Part shown: piece after piece, positions 46,509-57,233 of the stretch
Position numbering within the stretch: the first letter of the stretch is position 1
Layout: the number at the start of each line of letters is the position of its first letter
Assembly (NCBI GenBank): GCA_028822585.1
Contig: JAPKDL010000007.1
Coordinates: forward strand, 4,091 to 68,090
DNA from: Alphaproteobacteria bacterium
GTDB lineage: Bacteria; Pseudomonadota; Alphaproteobacteria; UBA8366; GCA-2717185
Reading direction: 5' to 3'
DNA length: 64,000 nucleotides
Translations under genes and position numbers: made by a program
The notes under the pieces: model-generated
Database searches by the model: none
What the model saw: the letters and a program-made list of their open reading frames with translations, nothing else
Told to the model about the DNA's origin: nothing

Positions 46509-47987
46509 TTATTCCAACAAATATCCGAATTTTTCACGGGCGCGTTGCGCCGAATCTGCGCTTGGTTGGTTGATTTCTGGAAATTCGTCGCGCCAATGGA
46601 ACGGTATGCAAGCGTCGATGATCATCCGTGAATTTGTAAAGTTTTTCGACGCCCGATCCCATGGCGCCAAACGTGGATCCGAAATGGCACCCTTGGCCCC
46701 CTGGATCATGTCAATTGAAGTCGCCGGGTCGGCGCGGGTCAAGGCGGCAAAGATCAATTCTTCGAGATTGGTCACATCGACGTCGTCGTCGGTGACGATC
46801 ACCCAACGATTGCCGTCGACGCCGGTGCGGCACATGGAGGCGACATGTCCCGCCTGGCGCGCATGTCCCGCATAGCGTTGCTTGATCGCCACCGCTAGCA
46901 ACATACGCGATCCGCCGACTTCGTGTGCCCATGCGGCGGTGACTCCAGGCACGCCAGCCGCTTCCAAATCCTGTTTCAGAAATGGCGACCGCGTAATCGC
47001 GCGAAACCGAGAATATTCATCGGGCAGGCGTTGGGGTGCAAAGCCCAGCAGTATAGGATCGTTCCGGTAATACACTGCTTCGATATCAACCACCGGGTTG
47101 ACCCGGCCCTTTTCGGTATAGGTGCCGGTCCAGTCGCCAAATGGGCCTTCTGGCTCCATTCGGTCGCCATCGACATACCCTTCGAGCACAATTTCGGCAT
47201 TAGCCGGAATCGGCAGGCCGGTGACGCGGCCAGGTACGATATCAAGCGGCTTGCCGCGCAGCGTGCCGGCGACATCGTATTCTGAAACGCCTTCAGGAAT
47301 ATCGCACCCTCCCATAATGAAGGTTAGAGGGTCGCCGCCGACAACGATCGCCACGGGCATCCGTTCTCCGCGGTCCTTATATTTTTTGAAATGAATGTCA
47401 GCATGTCGTCCCGGCAGCACGTTGTGGCACACCGATTGTTTGCCATGGAGCATTACCCGGTAGGAACCAAGATTGACCCACCCCGTATCAGGGTCGCGCG
47501 TGACATGATAACAGCCCGTGCCGATATACCGGCCGCCATCTTTTTCGTGCCAGTGCGGCGTCGGAAAAATTTCAAGGTCGACATCGTCTCCCATCATAAC
47601 GTTTTCGAACACGGGGCCGTCTTCGACTTTGTTTGGCGCGATCAGTTTCTTGTCGCCGCGATACACGCTGGCGAACGCGTTGCTGAGCGCCACTTTGTCC
47701 AGATTAGTTGGGAATCCCAGTGTCATGTTTTTGCGCTTTCCGCCAAACATATTGACGAGCACGCGTGACCCGGGGAGGCTGCCCGGCACATCGCCAAACA
47801 ACACGGCGGGGGCATCGTCATCATGACTGACCAGTTCCGCCGCCATGCCGATTTCCTCTTGCCAGGACGCCCCTTTAACATTTCGCAATTCACCCAACCG
47901 GTCCGCCTCGATAAGCCACTCGCGAAGGTCCTCATAGGGAATCAGTTGTTTAAGATTGTCGGTGCTGTCCGCCTTATCGCTTGTCAT
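46509..47987 (-). CDS. UbiD family prFMN-dependent (de)carboxylase
   Basis: DGGRYI, NLGSYR, AEIVLEG, EGPFGDWTG, VTDDDVD, IIDAC; SD GGGAG. Confidence 0.92.
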   Translation of the reverse strand: MTSDKADSTDNLKQLIPYEDLREWLIEADRLGELRNVKGASWQEEIGMAAELVSHDDDAPAVLFGDVPGSLPGSRVLVNMFGGKRKNMTLGFPTNLDKVALSNAFASVYRGDKKLIAPNKVEDGPVFENVMMGDDVDLEIFPTPHWHEKDGGRYIGTGCYHVTRDPDTGWVNLGSYRVMLHGKQSVCHNVLPGRHADIHFKKYKDRGERMPVAIVVGGDPLTFIMGGCDIPEGVSEYDVAGTLRGKPLDIVPGRVTGLPIPANAEIVLEGYVDGDRMEPEGPFGDWTGTYTEKGRVNPVVDIEAVYYRNDPILLGFAPQRLPDEYSRFRAITRSPFLKQDLEAAGVPGVTAAWAHEVGGSRMLLAVAIKQRYAGHARQAGHVASMCRTGVDGNRWVIVTDDDVDVTNLEELIFAALTRADPATSIDMIQGAKGAISDPRLAPWDRASKNFTNSRMIIDACIPFHWRDEFPEINQPSADSAQRAREKFGYLLE

Positions 47988-48346
47988 GATTTTTCTCCCC
48001 ACCGTCAATTCTTGATTATGGCGTTGACGCGGCGAGTTTGTCACGGAGGCGGATATTTTGTCATCCGATTAACAAAACCCTACTTCACTCGGCACTCTGC
48101 GGCGAATGACTGATGAATCAAACGACGCTATTTCCAAAAACGTAAATTTGCTCACTCATTTTGACATTTCCGGCGGTGGGCAGGTCGAGGTGCGCACGCG
48201 CCGCTCAACAAGGCGCTGAATTTCGATGAACGCGCCAGAAATATGTCACTTTTCAGGTTTGACGAAGATTGAGCCTTAAGGTTCAGATCGCGGGGCGCAT
48301 AGCGCGGCACCCTAAATTTATACGGGGCGTAAAATATTGGCAGCGA

Positions 48347-49999
48347 TCATGTTTTATCGCCGCCTTCCTGACGAAGAGACCATTTCACCGCTGTTTCCGA
48401 GTTGTCGCCGGTGCGCCCCGCCAGGACGATCTGCTGAGTTCGTTTGGTTTCCGTAACGGTCAAATAGATGCTTTCGGTCAACGCCAGTGACGCGCCCGCG
48501 ACCCGGAACCGCCATCCGGTGCCGCTGGGCAAGCGCAGTAACACCGCCGCGCCATCTTGAATAAGGGACGCGGTGACGGCGGGATGGAGATGGAAGCGAA
48601 TCGTGAAGGGCGGGCGGTTGTTTGTGTTTTGGCCACTCTCTGGATTTTGTATCAGCGTGTCTTCGCCCCGCAAATCAACGCCGGACGCGGACAAAAAGAG
48701 GCGACGGCGATGCGTCAGGCCAAATGGCACTGTGTAGCCGTCATGGGAAACGGTGAACCAGGTATCGCCCTCGGCGTCATTCCGCTCGCGGCTCACGACG
48801 GCGATGCGGGCGCTGTCCCCCCCTTTTGATGTGATTTCGCTGGAATTCATATCCCCGACCGACAGGGTGGAATGTGCCGCGGTGGCCCGGCCGATGCCCC
48901 GCCATTCGGGTTCGGCGTATCGGGCGTCGCCACAATTCACAATTAAGCGTTCACGTCCGAAACTAAGTTCGAAACTGGCGGTCCCCGAATGGCTGCTCCT
49001 TTGCCCGCCGCAATGGCTGTTTCGGGGCGCGGGTGCGCCGGTGTCGACAAGGACCAGAACTTTACCCGCGCTCAGGCGTTCATACCCGCTATCCGGCGCG
49101 CTGCTCGGCGTGCGGATGCGGATATTGGCTTGCGCTAGGGTCAAGTCGATCAAGCCAGAGTCGCTTTCGCCCCCGCCGTTGAAATGCGCCAGTTTGCCGT
49201 CCCGGTGACGCAGCATCCGCACCAAGGGCGCGGTGTGGCGAATCGCTGTGTTTACGGTTTTGGAGCCGGTCATTTCGGAGGCGTTCAGTAGGGCGCGGAT
49301 ATCCACCAAATGCTGGACCAGCGCAACCTGGCTGGTCGGGTCGCGGTCCTGGTAGCCGCCGTCCAGGTTGATTTGCGCCGCTATTTCAGCTTCGAGCAAG
49401 GGGAGCGCTTTTGCGAGAGACTTGGGGAACGACAGGCACAGGGTGCCATAGAGCAGTCCTTTGAGCGCGATCAGGCGCAGCAATCCGTCAACTTCCCGCG
49501 CGGCTGTCCATCGAAGACGCCGGTGTTGGCGACTCAGCGTGGAAAATAATTCGCGCCGCAGAGACTCCGGCGCGGTGTTATAAAACAAATCGAAATGCGA
49601 CAGCCAGGCGACCTGCCGGGCGGCGAGGATATCGGCGCGCCACGCCTGTCCGGACCTTGCGGAATATGTGGCGTACCGGCTTAACCAGTCGATGGTCAGT
49701 TCCTGCGCGCAATTCCGCGCGTCGCCGCCGCCAAGCGTGCGTAAATCCCGCAACCAGGCGAAGCCGTGCAGCGACGTCGCGTCCCAGCGAAGGCTTCCCG
49801 CCGTCCAGTCCCGCATCAATTGCGCCCCCGCCGCCGGGTCGCCGGGCCATGGGTCCGGCGGCGTAACCGATAAACGTTTCGGTATGGTTTGTGATGTCAC
49901 CGCTTCAAGGCTCGACGCCCAGACATGCGTCAAGCGCGCCCGCCAACCCGGCCAGGACGCCGGGGGTGTTGTTCTGATTAGGGGCGGGTCATCCGGCAT
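48347..49999 (-). CDS. Heparinase II/III family protein
   Basis: [44 protein letters not shown]. Confidence 0.88.
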   Translation of the reverse strand: MPDDPPLIRTTPPASWPGWRARLTHVWASSLEAVTSQTIPKRLSVTPPDPWPGDPAAGAQLMRDWTAGSLRWDATSLHGFAWLRDLRTLGGGDARNCAQELTIDWLSRYATYSARSGQAWRADILAARQVAWLSHFDLFYNTAPESLRRELFSTLSRQHRRLRWTAAREVDGLLRLIALKGLLYGTLCLSFPKSLAKALPLLEAEIAAQINLDGGYQDRDPTSQVALVQHLVDIRALLNASEMTGSKTVNTAIRHTAPLVRMLRHRDGKLAHFNGGGESDSGLIDLTLAQANIRIRTPSSAPDSGYERLSAGKVLVLVDTGAPAPRNSHCGGQRSSHSGTASFELSFGRERLIVNCGDARYAEPEWRGIGRATAAHSTLSVGDMNSSEITSKGGDSARIAVVSRERNDAEGDTWFTVSHDGYTVPFGLTHRRRLFLSASGVDLRGEDTLIQNPESGQNTNNRPPFTIRFHLHPAVTASLIQDGAAVLLRLPSGTGWRFRVAGASLALTESIYLTVTETKRTQQIVLAGRTGDNSETAVKWSLRQEGGDKT

Positions 50000-50663
50000 T
50001 CTTCAGACGCATGATATTGTCGGCGTAAGCGCCGTTGGCGAAGGTCGCCGTGCCTGCGACCAGGACGTCGGCACCAGCGTTGATCACCTGGGCGGCGTTG
50101 TCAAAATTTACGCCGCCATCGACCTGCAAATCAATTGTTCTGCCTGGCACATCTTTGCATAACGCGTCGATGCGCCGCCGCAATTCGCAGATCTTGTCCA
50201 ATTGTGAGGTGATGAAGGATTGTCCGCCGAATCCGGGATTAACGCTCATCACCAGAACAAGATCGATGTCATCCAGAAGATAGTCCACTGCTGACAGGGG
50301 CGTGCCGGGATTGAGCGATACACCTGCTTTTTTCCCCAGCGACTTAATATATTGCAAGGTGCGGTGGGTGTGCGGCCCGGCTTCGGCGTGGACGGTGATG
50401 ATGTCCGCGCCCGCTGCGGCAAAGGCGTCTAGATAGGGGTCGACTGGCGATATCATCAAGTGAACGTCTAATGGTTTTCCCGTGTGTGGCCGCAATGCTT
50501 TGACCACATCCGGGCCGATGGTCAAGTTGGGAACAAAATGGCCGTCCATGACGTCGATATGGATGTAGTCGGCACCGGCCGCGTCAAGCGCGCGAACCTC
50601 TTCGCCCAGTTTGGCGAAATCAGCGGACAGGATGGAGGGTGCGATTCGGGTTGGCTGTTGCAT
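49989..50663 (-). CDS. rpe: Ribulose-phosphate 3-epimerase
   Basis: [36 protein letters not shown]. Confidence 0.98.
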   Translation of the reverse strand: MQQPTRIAPSILSADFAKLGEEVRALDAAGADYIHIDVMDGHFVPNLTIGPDVVKALRPHTGKPLDVHLMISPVDPYLDAFAAAGADIITVHAEAGPHTHRTLQYIKSLGKKAGVSLNPGTPLSAVDYLLDDIDLVLVMSVNPGFGGQSFITSQLDKICELRRRIDALCKDVPGRTIDLQVDGGVNFDNAAQVINAGADVLVAGTATFANGAYADNIMRLKNAG

Positions 50664-50742
50664 GTCGGTTCTCACCACCTAGGACGCGAATGTTCAGGTT
50701 AATTCAGAACTAGTGGCATCGGTGTTTTTGTGCAAGTGACAT

Positions 50743-52026
50743 TTACGCGTTGCGCCGTAACCTGGCGATGAAAAACCCGTCTAATCCGCCACGCTCGGCC
50801 CAATGGCTGGGCAAGGTGCGAACATCGCCGTCTTTCGTAATCGCCTGGGATAGGCCCGTCATTTCTTCGGCGCGAATGGGGTCGCGGGTGACGGGCGCAT
50901 CGCTTTTCAGCAGCGCCCTAATTTGATCTGACCCTTCTTCGGGTTGGAGGGAGCACGTGACATAGACCACGAGGCCGCCGGGCTCGACGATATCGATGGC
51001 GTGGCGCAATAAACGCGCCTGTTCCAACGCGAGGCGTGCCGGGTCGCGTTTTGATTTCAACCGCAGAATATCGGGATGGCGCCGCGCCGCGCCGGTCGCG
51101 GTGCACGGCGCGTCCAACAACACCATGTCGACTGGAAAACGGGGCTGCCAGGTTCCCGCATCTCCCGCGCCGATTTCGATATCAAGGTCAAGGCGTGCCA
51201 TGTTTTCTTCCAGACGTTTCAACCGCGTCGCCGATGAGTCAAGCGCCAGAATTCTTGCACCCGCCGCCGCTAACTGTGCGCTTTTACCGCCGGGCGCGGC
51301 GCATAAATCGACGACAGATTTCCCCCGGACGTCTCCCATCAATTTGGCGGGCAATTGGGCGGCAGCGTCTTGCACCCACCACGCGCCTTCTTCAAAGCCG
51401 GGTAGCGCGCGAATGTCGCCGCCTGCGACCCGTCGCAACGCGCCGGTCGGTAAGATTTCAGCCTCCAGGCGTTCCGCCCAAAGTTCAGGGTCGGTCTTCA
51501 CCGAAATGTCGAGCGGCCCTTCGGACAAATGGGCGGTGGCGATCCGGGCGGCTTCGTCCTCGCCATACGCCGCGACCCAGCTGTTCCATAACCAGGCGGG
51601 CGTGTTGAGTTTTCCGGGGTTGTCCGCAGGTTCCGGCGCTTCGCGGGAAATGCGTCGCAGAACCGCGTTGATCAGCCCCTTGAAAGCCTTGAACCCTGTC
51701 ACTTCGGCAACCTTTACGGTAGTCTCAACGGCGGCGTGTGGCGGCGTTTTAAGGAACAATAATTGCGCTACGCCAAGCCACAGGATATAGCGCACCGGTG
51801 CGGCCTTGCCGCGCAGACGTTTGCGCAACATGGGTTGAATTATGGCGTCCAGTTCACCGGCGCGGCGGAACACAGTGTTCGCCAGAAGGCGAACGAAATT
51901 CCGGTCGCGCGTATCCAACCGGGCCAACGCTTGGTGGCGGGCTTGCGCATCGTCGAACGGACGACGGTCCTGATACACCGACAGGATCAGGTCAAAAGCG
52001 ATGATTCGAGTGTCGTCAAAAGTCAC
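50743..52026 (-). CDS. rsmB: RsmB/NOP family RNA C5-methyltransferase with NusB-like N-terminus
   Basis: NAVLR, WVQD, DLCAAPGGK, LDAPC, TCSL, DGFFIA. Confidence 0.9.
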   Translation of the reverse strand: MTFDDTRIIAFDLILSVYQDRRPFDDAQARHQALARLDTRDRNFVRLLANTVFRRAGELDAIIQPMLRKRLRGKAAPVRYILWLGVAQLLFLKTPPHAAVETTVKVAEVTGFKAFKGLINAVLRRISREAPEPADNPGKLNTPAWLWNSWVAAYGEDEAARIATAHLSEGPLDISVKTDPELWAERLEAEILPTGALRRVAGGDIRALPGFEEGAWWVQDAAAQLPAKLMGDVRGKSVVDLCAAPGGKSAQLAAAGARILALDSSATRLKRLEENMARLDLDIEIGAGDAGTWQPRFPVDMVLLDAPCTATGAARRHPDILRLKSKRDPARLALEQARLLRHAIDIVEPGGLVVYVTCSLQPEEGSDQIRALLKSDAPVTRDPIRAEEMTGLSQAITKDGDVRTLPSHWAERGGLDGFFIARLRRNA

Positions 52027-52101
52027 GGCCCACTCCTAACCGAGCGCCGCGTCGGTGAAAAGCTCTTTCGGAAGGTTGCCCTACACGGCATGTTGTTTGT
52101 C

Positions 52102-52752
52102 ATGACCCCAGAACTGACCTTATCAGACCCAGAATGGACTTTAGCAGACATCGTAACGGATTGCTGGCGGCGTCTGGGGAATGGCGCATCCGACCCTCGC
52201 ATGCCGTTTCACTTTCCGGTGCTGGCGACCCAGGGCGTCGCGCAGATGGGACCAGCTATCCCCGCCGCGCGCATTGTGGTGCTGCGCGACGCCAATGCCG
52301 CGCGACGGGAATTGGTTTTATACACGGACCGGCGTGCGATGAAGATCGCCGAAATCACTGCCGCGCCGCGGGTGACGTTGGTGTTTTATGACCCTGCCGA
52401 TCGTCTTCAATTGCGTGTTGTGGCGCATGTGAGGCTTCATATCGATGACGCTCGGGCGGATGTGGCCTGGGCGGCGTGTTCCCCTGCCAGCCGCCGAGTC
52501 TATCAGGCGCAGCGATGTCCTGGCGTGACGATAGACTCAGCGTTTGCCTGGGCGGCACCGCGATCGATAGAAACGCCGTACCCTGGAGGTCTGGAAAATG
52601 ATAGCTCTGACAACAACGGACGCGAAAACTTTGCCGCGTTGGTGTGCTCGCCGATGTCGTTGGACTGGCTGGAATTGTCCGAGCCGATTCACCGCCGCGC
52701 GGTGTTCCAATGGGTCGGGGACAAATTTATGGGGCGTTGGGTGGTTCCATAG
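52102..52752 (+). CDS. Pyridoxamine 5'-phosphate oxidase-like FMN-binding protein
   Basis: FHFPVLAT, ARIVVLR, YTDRRAMK, QLR, LDWLEL...HRRA. Confidence 0.85.
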   Translation: MTPELTLSDPEWTLADIVTDCWRRLGNGASDPRMPFHFPVLATQGVAQMGPAIPAARIVVLRDANAARRELVLYTDRRAMKIAEITAAPRVTLVFYDPADRLQLRVVAHVRLHIDDARADVAWAACSPASRRVYQAQRCPGVTIDSAFAWAAPRSIETPYPGGLENDSSDNNGRENFAALVCSPMSLDWLELSEPIHRRAVFQWVGDKFMGRWVVP

Positions 52753-53034
52753 GAATAATTTCTTTTGTGTTGGGCGCAGAAACGGACAAATTAGCATCCG
52801 TGTCACAACCAGCCGCGGCGCAGTAGACATAAATAAAACAATCAACGCTTGGAACAGGGGAATGGGACATGGCAGACAGTTTGTATGGCCGTCTTGAATG
52901 ATGCCGTCGCCACACTGAAAAAACAATGTGGGGCAACGGGAAAAAGAAGAAGTGTTGTATATCCTCTTCAGTATGAAGGGTGATGTGGTGATGCAATAAA
53001 CCCGTTTGTCGCCTTTTGACGGTCTTTGCCCGGC

Positions 53035-53205
53035 GCGCGTTCCGCTTTGCTCATGCCCTTCAGATTGGTGGTGTAATAGGGTTCACGAACAAGCCTTGCC
53101 AGCCTGATTCAAGGTGAATGTGCACATGAGGATGGGCGTTCACCGTGGGCCGCTAACCCAAGATGTTGCGCCTTAACTTCACGCCACCGGAAATTGAGGT
53201 GACGG
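53035..53205 (-). pseudogene. TauD/TfdA dioxygenase internal fragment
   Basis: Minus strand TVNAHPHVHIHLESGWQGLFVN/(frameshift ~53080)YYTTNLKGMSKAERAP matches HPVVRTHPETGRKALYVNP..T..I.GMS..ES; in-frame stop upstream. Confidence 0.65.
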
Positions 53206-53230
53206 CAAATCGGTGATAAACTGCGACGGG

Positions 53231-53965
53231 TCAGAGATAGCGTTTCAAATGGTCCGCCTGCACTTCGAATGATTCCGGTCCGTTATCTACATGGACGCCT
53301 GGATAGGCGTGCAGCCGTTTGTCCGCTGACCCCAGTCTGTCATACAAATCGAGTTGTCCATCGCGGTCAAAGCGTTCGTCGTCCCATTGTATTGCGAACA
53401 TTACCGGTTGGGTGAGCATTGGCGCGTATTTTTCGAATACTGGCGCAATGCCGCTGCGCACGACGCTCGACCCGGTCAGGCCCGCCTTGCCCAACACCGC
53501 AGCTTTAATTCGCGGTTCGCTGGATACAAAGGGCAGTCCGAACATGGTGCCCATGGAGACGCCCCAATACCCGATTCGGTGCGCGTCCACACAATCGAGC
53601 GCCGATAAGGCGTCCAGTAGCGCTTTCCAATCGTCGATCATATCCTGGACCGGGCTGTCCCGCTGCCAGATTTCGCGATAGGCTGGGTCGGTGGCTTGCT
53701 TGACGAGCCCCCGGTCCCCGTGCGCTGGGCCATCCATGGACGCCGCGCACCAACCATAGTCGCGGGCGAACATTTGGCCCAGCTGGACCATGCGGTTGTT
53801 GCGTTTATGGCCGCTGCCGCCATGGCCCATCAGCACCAGTGGTGTTGCGCCATCTAAATGTTCGGGGCACCAGAAGACGCCCGGCACCGCTGCCCCCGCC
53901 CGGTCCACGGTAAAGGCGCGTTCGATGGTGCCTGCAGCGCCGGAGCCGTTTTCGGTCCATTCCAT
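53231..53965 (-). CDS. Alpha/beta hydrolase (dienelactone hydrolase-like)
   Basis: GHGGSG, nucleophile elbow GYWGVSMG, WDDE, PGVH. Confidence 0.85.
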   Translation of the reverse strand: MEWTENGSGAAGTIERAFTVDRAGAAVPGVFWCPEHLDGATPLVLMGHGGSGHKRNNRMVQLGQMFARDYGWCAASMDGPAHGDRGLVKQATDPAYREIWQRDSPVQDMIDDWKALLDALSALDCVDAHRIGYWGVSMGTMFGLPFVSSEPRIKAAVLGKAGLTGSSVVRSGIAPVFEKYAPMLTQPVMFAIQWDDERFDRDGQLDLYDRLGSADKRLHAYPGVHVDNGPESFEVQADHLKRYL

Positions 53966-53972
53966 TGGAAAT

Positions 53973-54797
53973 TTACTCTTTTTCAAAGACGGCCATGAGC
54001 CGGGTTTCAATGCTGCGTCGGGGCAAAGGGTCGACCGCGTCCAACACGTCGAAGGCCGAGTGTGGGCAGTAAACGGCGTTGCCGGGCCGTTCGTCCATTT
54101 GGGTGGTGACCAGAACCTCGTCGGTTTCCATCATCGGAAAATACCAGAACTGGTGATCCGGGCTATACACCGGCGCCGCCACTAGACTGTCCAGGTCGCG
54201 CCCGGTGTAATAGTAGTCGATGACGTCTCTCGTCGGTAGTGAGTCCCAATCGATCACGGCCAGTGGGTTGTTCTGCACTTGATGGTCAAAGGGCTGCCAC
54301 GTGTTGTACCAGACATATTCCCAGTTATCCTGTGGTGTAACGCCGTGGCGTTCCAACAGTTCCAGCGACATTTCCTCCAGGCGCCGGATGTTGTAATCGC
54401 AATGTACAAAGCGCGAGTATCCATCGTTGAAATCGATGGGCTTTTCGGTGCGGATCAAATGACCGCGCACGAAGGCTTGGCTGGCACCCGACACGCGGCA
54501 AATTAGATCCTGCATTTCCGGATAATAGAGCTTTGCAACTTCGGCCTCATCGCGGAAACTGGAGACCTTGGTTGAGCTGTTGCTCAGCATGAACCCGTTG
54601 GTGTTCAGGTTAAGGTCTCCCGTGTCGAGCCGCGACCGCGCATCCATGATGGTGACATCTTGGTACGCTGTGTTGGCGCGACGTGTTTCGCGCGAACCGA
54701 TCCGGGGCGAATCGTCTTTATCGCGCCATTCCGCGTTGATGTAGCGAACCTTCGCTTCTTTGTCGTAATTTGTAACTTCCAACACCTGTTCGCTCAC
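53973..54797 (-). CDS. CmcJ/NvfI/AsaB-like Fe(II)/2OG-type oxidoreductase
   Basis: LNTNGF, YYPE, VHCDY (HxD), NTWQP, PLAV.D, FWYFP.M, PHSAF, RRSIETR; GTG start with SD AAGGGG. Confidence 0.8.
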   Translation of the reverse strand: MSEQVLEVTNYDKEAKVRYINAEWRDKDDSPRIGSRETRRANTAYQDVTIMDARSRLDTGDLNLNTNGFMLSNSSTKVSSFRDEAEVAKLYYPEMQDLICRVSGASQAFVRGHLIRTEKPIDFNDGYSRFVHCDYNIRRLEEMSLELLERHGVTPQDNWEYVWYNTWQPFDHQVQNNPLAVIDWDSLPTRDVIDYYYTGRDLDSLVAAPVYSPDHQFWYFPMMETDEVLVTTQMDERPGNAVYCPHSAFDVLDAVDPLPRRSIETRLMAVFEKE

Positions 54798-54883
54798 AAT
54801 TCAATACCCCTTCTAAAAATAAAGTTTCCAGAAAACGACCCGGCACTATCAATGCTACCCAAAAACCTAGGGGTATTGGAAGC

Positions 54884-55085
54884 TTAAACGAAGGGGCTGT
54901 CGTTTGCAGCGTCGAAACTCCTCCTGTCCAAGCGCTGCACATGCGTGTCACCAAAGCTACGAAGGTCGGTTATGCTGTTATCGGTCATTTGGAATTCCGT
55001 TTTGATCTTTTCGTACGTATCTCCGCTCAACAGAATTTCCATGGGCTAGCACATTTGTTCCAGTGGCACCGCTGGAAAATGAACT
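54884..55085 (-). pseudogene. Class III adenylate/guanylate cyclase C-terminal fragment
   Basis: Minus strand FPAVPLEQMC*PMEILLSGDTYEKIKTEF...DLRSFG resembles (FGPAVNLASR)LE...PMEILLSE.TY..IK..F...E(V/L)(K/R)GFG. Confidence 0.55.
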
Positions 55086-55154
55086 TGAGCCTACGCTGTG
55101 GGTTTCGTAGCGTGGATGCGCGCCTAAATTTGCCCTTACCGAAAGGCTTTCACC

Positions 55155-56054
55155 ATGAACGATCTGCCCGATATTCTTGAAACCACCGAAGCGGAACGCC
55201 AGGCGACCGGCTATATCTTTACCGAAGGGCCGCTGTGGCATCCCGACGGGTTTTATTATTTCAACGATATTCGGCCCGGTACACTGTACCGGTTGAAACT
55301 GGGCGAGGCGCCGGTGATGGTGCGCAAAACCGTTGGCGGCAACGGCATGACCTTCGACCTGGAAGGTCGGTTGATCCATTGCGAGGGGGAAGCCAAATGC
55401 GTTACCCGCACCGAACTGGATGGCACGGTGAATACCCTGGCGGACCGTTTTGAAGGCGGCGGCTTTAACCGCCCCAATGACGTCATTTGCCATTCGAACG
55501 GCGACGTTTACTTCACCGACCCGTCGCTGCGCATCCCCTTTGACAAGCGCGAACAGCCGGGACCAGAAAGCGAGAATGAAATTTTTGGCGGTGCGCGCGT
55601 CTACCGGGTGTCGCCGGACGGTGTCGTCGCCGCGGTGGTCAGCGTCGAATACCCTAATGGGCTGGCGCTGTCGCCCGATGAACGCACCTTGTACATCGCC
55701 AATACGCGGTTGACGAAATACATCCACGCTATTGATTTGGACGCGGCGGGAAATATGGTGCGGCGGCGCATCTTCGCCGATTTAAGCGAAGGCGACGAAC
55801 CAGGTATCCCCGACGGCATGAAGGTTGATGTAAAAGGCCGCGTCTATTGCACTGGTCCCGGTGGCATCTGGGTCATGGAGCCCGATGGGACCCATATCGG
55901 GACCATTAGATTGCCGGAACAAGCGGTCAACTTCACGTTTGGCGGCGACGATCTGCGTACCTTGTTCGTCACCGCTGTCACGTCTGTCTACACCTTGCGT
56001 ATGAAAACGCCAGGGCAACCGCATCCGTGGTATCTGGTGCGCAACAGCGCCTAA
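55155..56054 (+). CDS. SMP-30/gluconolactonase family protein
   Basis: FTEGPLW, FNRPND, YFTDP, PNGLALSPD, PDGMKVD. Confidence 0.93.
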   Translation: MNDLPDILETTEAERQATGYIFTEGPLWHPDGFYYFNDIRPGTLYRLKLGEAPVMVRKTVGGNGMTFDLEGRLIHCEGEAKCVTRTELDGTVNTLADRFEGGGFNRPNDVICHSNGDVYFTDPSLRIPFDKREQPGPESENEIFGGARVYRVSPDGVVAAVVSVEYPNGLALSPDERTLYIANTRLTKYIHAIDLDAAGNMVRRRIFADLSEGDEPGIPDGMKVDVKGRVYCTGPGGIWVMEPDGTHIGTIRLPEQAVNFTFGGDDLRTLFVTAVTSVYTLRMKTPGQPHPWYLVRNSA

Positions 56055-56062
56055 ACGCGCGT

Positions 56063-56535
56063 TTAGCCTGCGTCGGTGACCTGGAATATAGGACTTAGAA
56101 GTTTGCCCAGTTTTTCAAAGAAGGCGGCGATAATGTTTGGTTCCGGTTCGCCGTCGTCGGTTATTGAGGTGTGTTCGGTAATGCCTGCCACCCTGCCAAG
56201 GGCACTTCCTGCTGCAGTCGCCAATGGCGGTGTTGCCGTAAATTGTAAAAGGCGCGAAGCCGGGTAAAAAGGGCCCATAAAAAATTCTTGCCGCCAGCCC
56301 CGCGATTGCTCGTACCCCAGCTCCCACACCGACCCCAACCCCTGCACCTGTAAAGCTGCTGCTAATGGTGTCAGTTGTCGACTGTCCAAACACCCACCAA
56401 GCCGGCCTCTTTGTCGGGCGTATTGGCGTTGGAGGTTTGAGGCGGTGATTGAAGCGCCCCTCCCGCGCAGGCTGCGAGAGAAACGGATAAGATGAGAGCC
56501 AGGATAAATCGCGAAATTATCTGAATTTAAAACAT
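56063..56535 (-). pseudogene. Glycine-zipper lipoprotein pseudogene spread over three frames
   Basis: SD AGAAGGA + ATG 56535, MF*IQIISRFILALILSVSLAACAGG (lipobox LAAC), then GAGVGVGVGAGVRAIAG in a second frame and AAGSALGRVAG...VTDAG* in a third. Confidence 0.6.
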
Positions 56536-56848
56536 GGGTTCCTTCTGTAAGTCGCGGTGCAGACGCCATAAAATTTAAGGGGTCGTCGAATACTCATGGG
56601 TATGCTCAGAGAAAAATTTTTAACGATTCCGAAATTATAATTCTTCTGCGGGAAGAATTAATAGAGCCACTTAATTGATTGTCGGAACTTCAAACAAGCC
56701 ATAGATCATAGCTAGAGTAAGGCGGGGAATAGGTGGTCCTGACATACCCGCCCCCGTCCAGCCCTCGCGAATTCCCCCGCGTGGGTGTATACTTGGTACA
56801 CTTTAGATGCGGTCTCGGTCGGATAAGCAGACAAGATAGGGGAATTCG

Positions 56849-57136
56849 ATGAATAATCTCTTTGAAAAACTTCAAGCGAAAGCGCGGGGAGCGCGTAAGT
56901 CTGCTTCTAACCCGGCGCTCGGCCCAGCCTCCGAACCTGCAGCGCCGTCTCTCTTTCCTGCCGCTCAGGTGGATTCCAAACGTGCGGCGGAGATGACGGC
57001 GGAAGCGGCGGGGGACGCGGCGCGTGCCGCGGCGGCGGAGTCCGGTTCGGCGACGGGTGAAATTGGCGGGCCCAAGGGGCTGGAGCCGACCCGATTCGGT
57101 GATTGGGAAAAATCGGGCCGCTGCGTCGATTTCTAA
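56849..57136 (+). CDS. DUF1674 / SdhAF4-like small protein
   Basis: C-terminal EIGGPKGLEPTRFGDWEKSGRCVDF. Confidence 0.9.
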   Translation: MNNLFEKLQAKARGARKSASNPALGPASEPAAPSLFPAAQVDSKRAAEMTAEAAGDAARAAAAESGSATGEIGGPKGLEPTRFGDWEKSGRCVDF

Positions 57137-57233
57137 GTGAACGCCAAGAGTAAATTAAAAGACTTTAATTTCAATTTGGTTAACTTGCGAACCGGTGATG
57201 GGATAGCTCACGCAGTTCATTGCAATCATTTCA

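Noticed and set aside
54978-55727. 249 aa ORF antisense to the gluconolactonase, and similar long antisense ORFs over cnoX, rsmB, NMO and the LON-domain gene
   Set aside because: Expected in GC-rich DNA; each overlaps a well-supported gene and lacks motifs.
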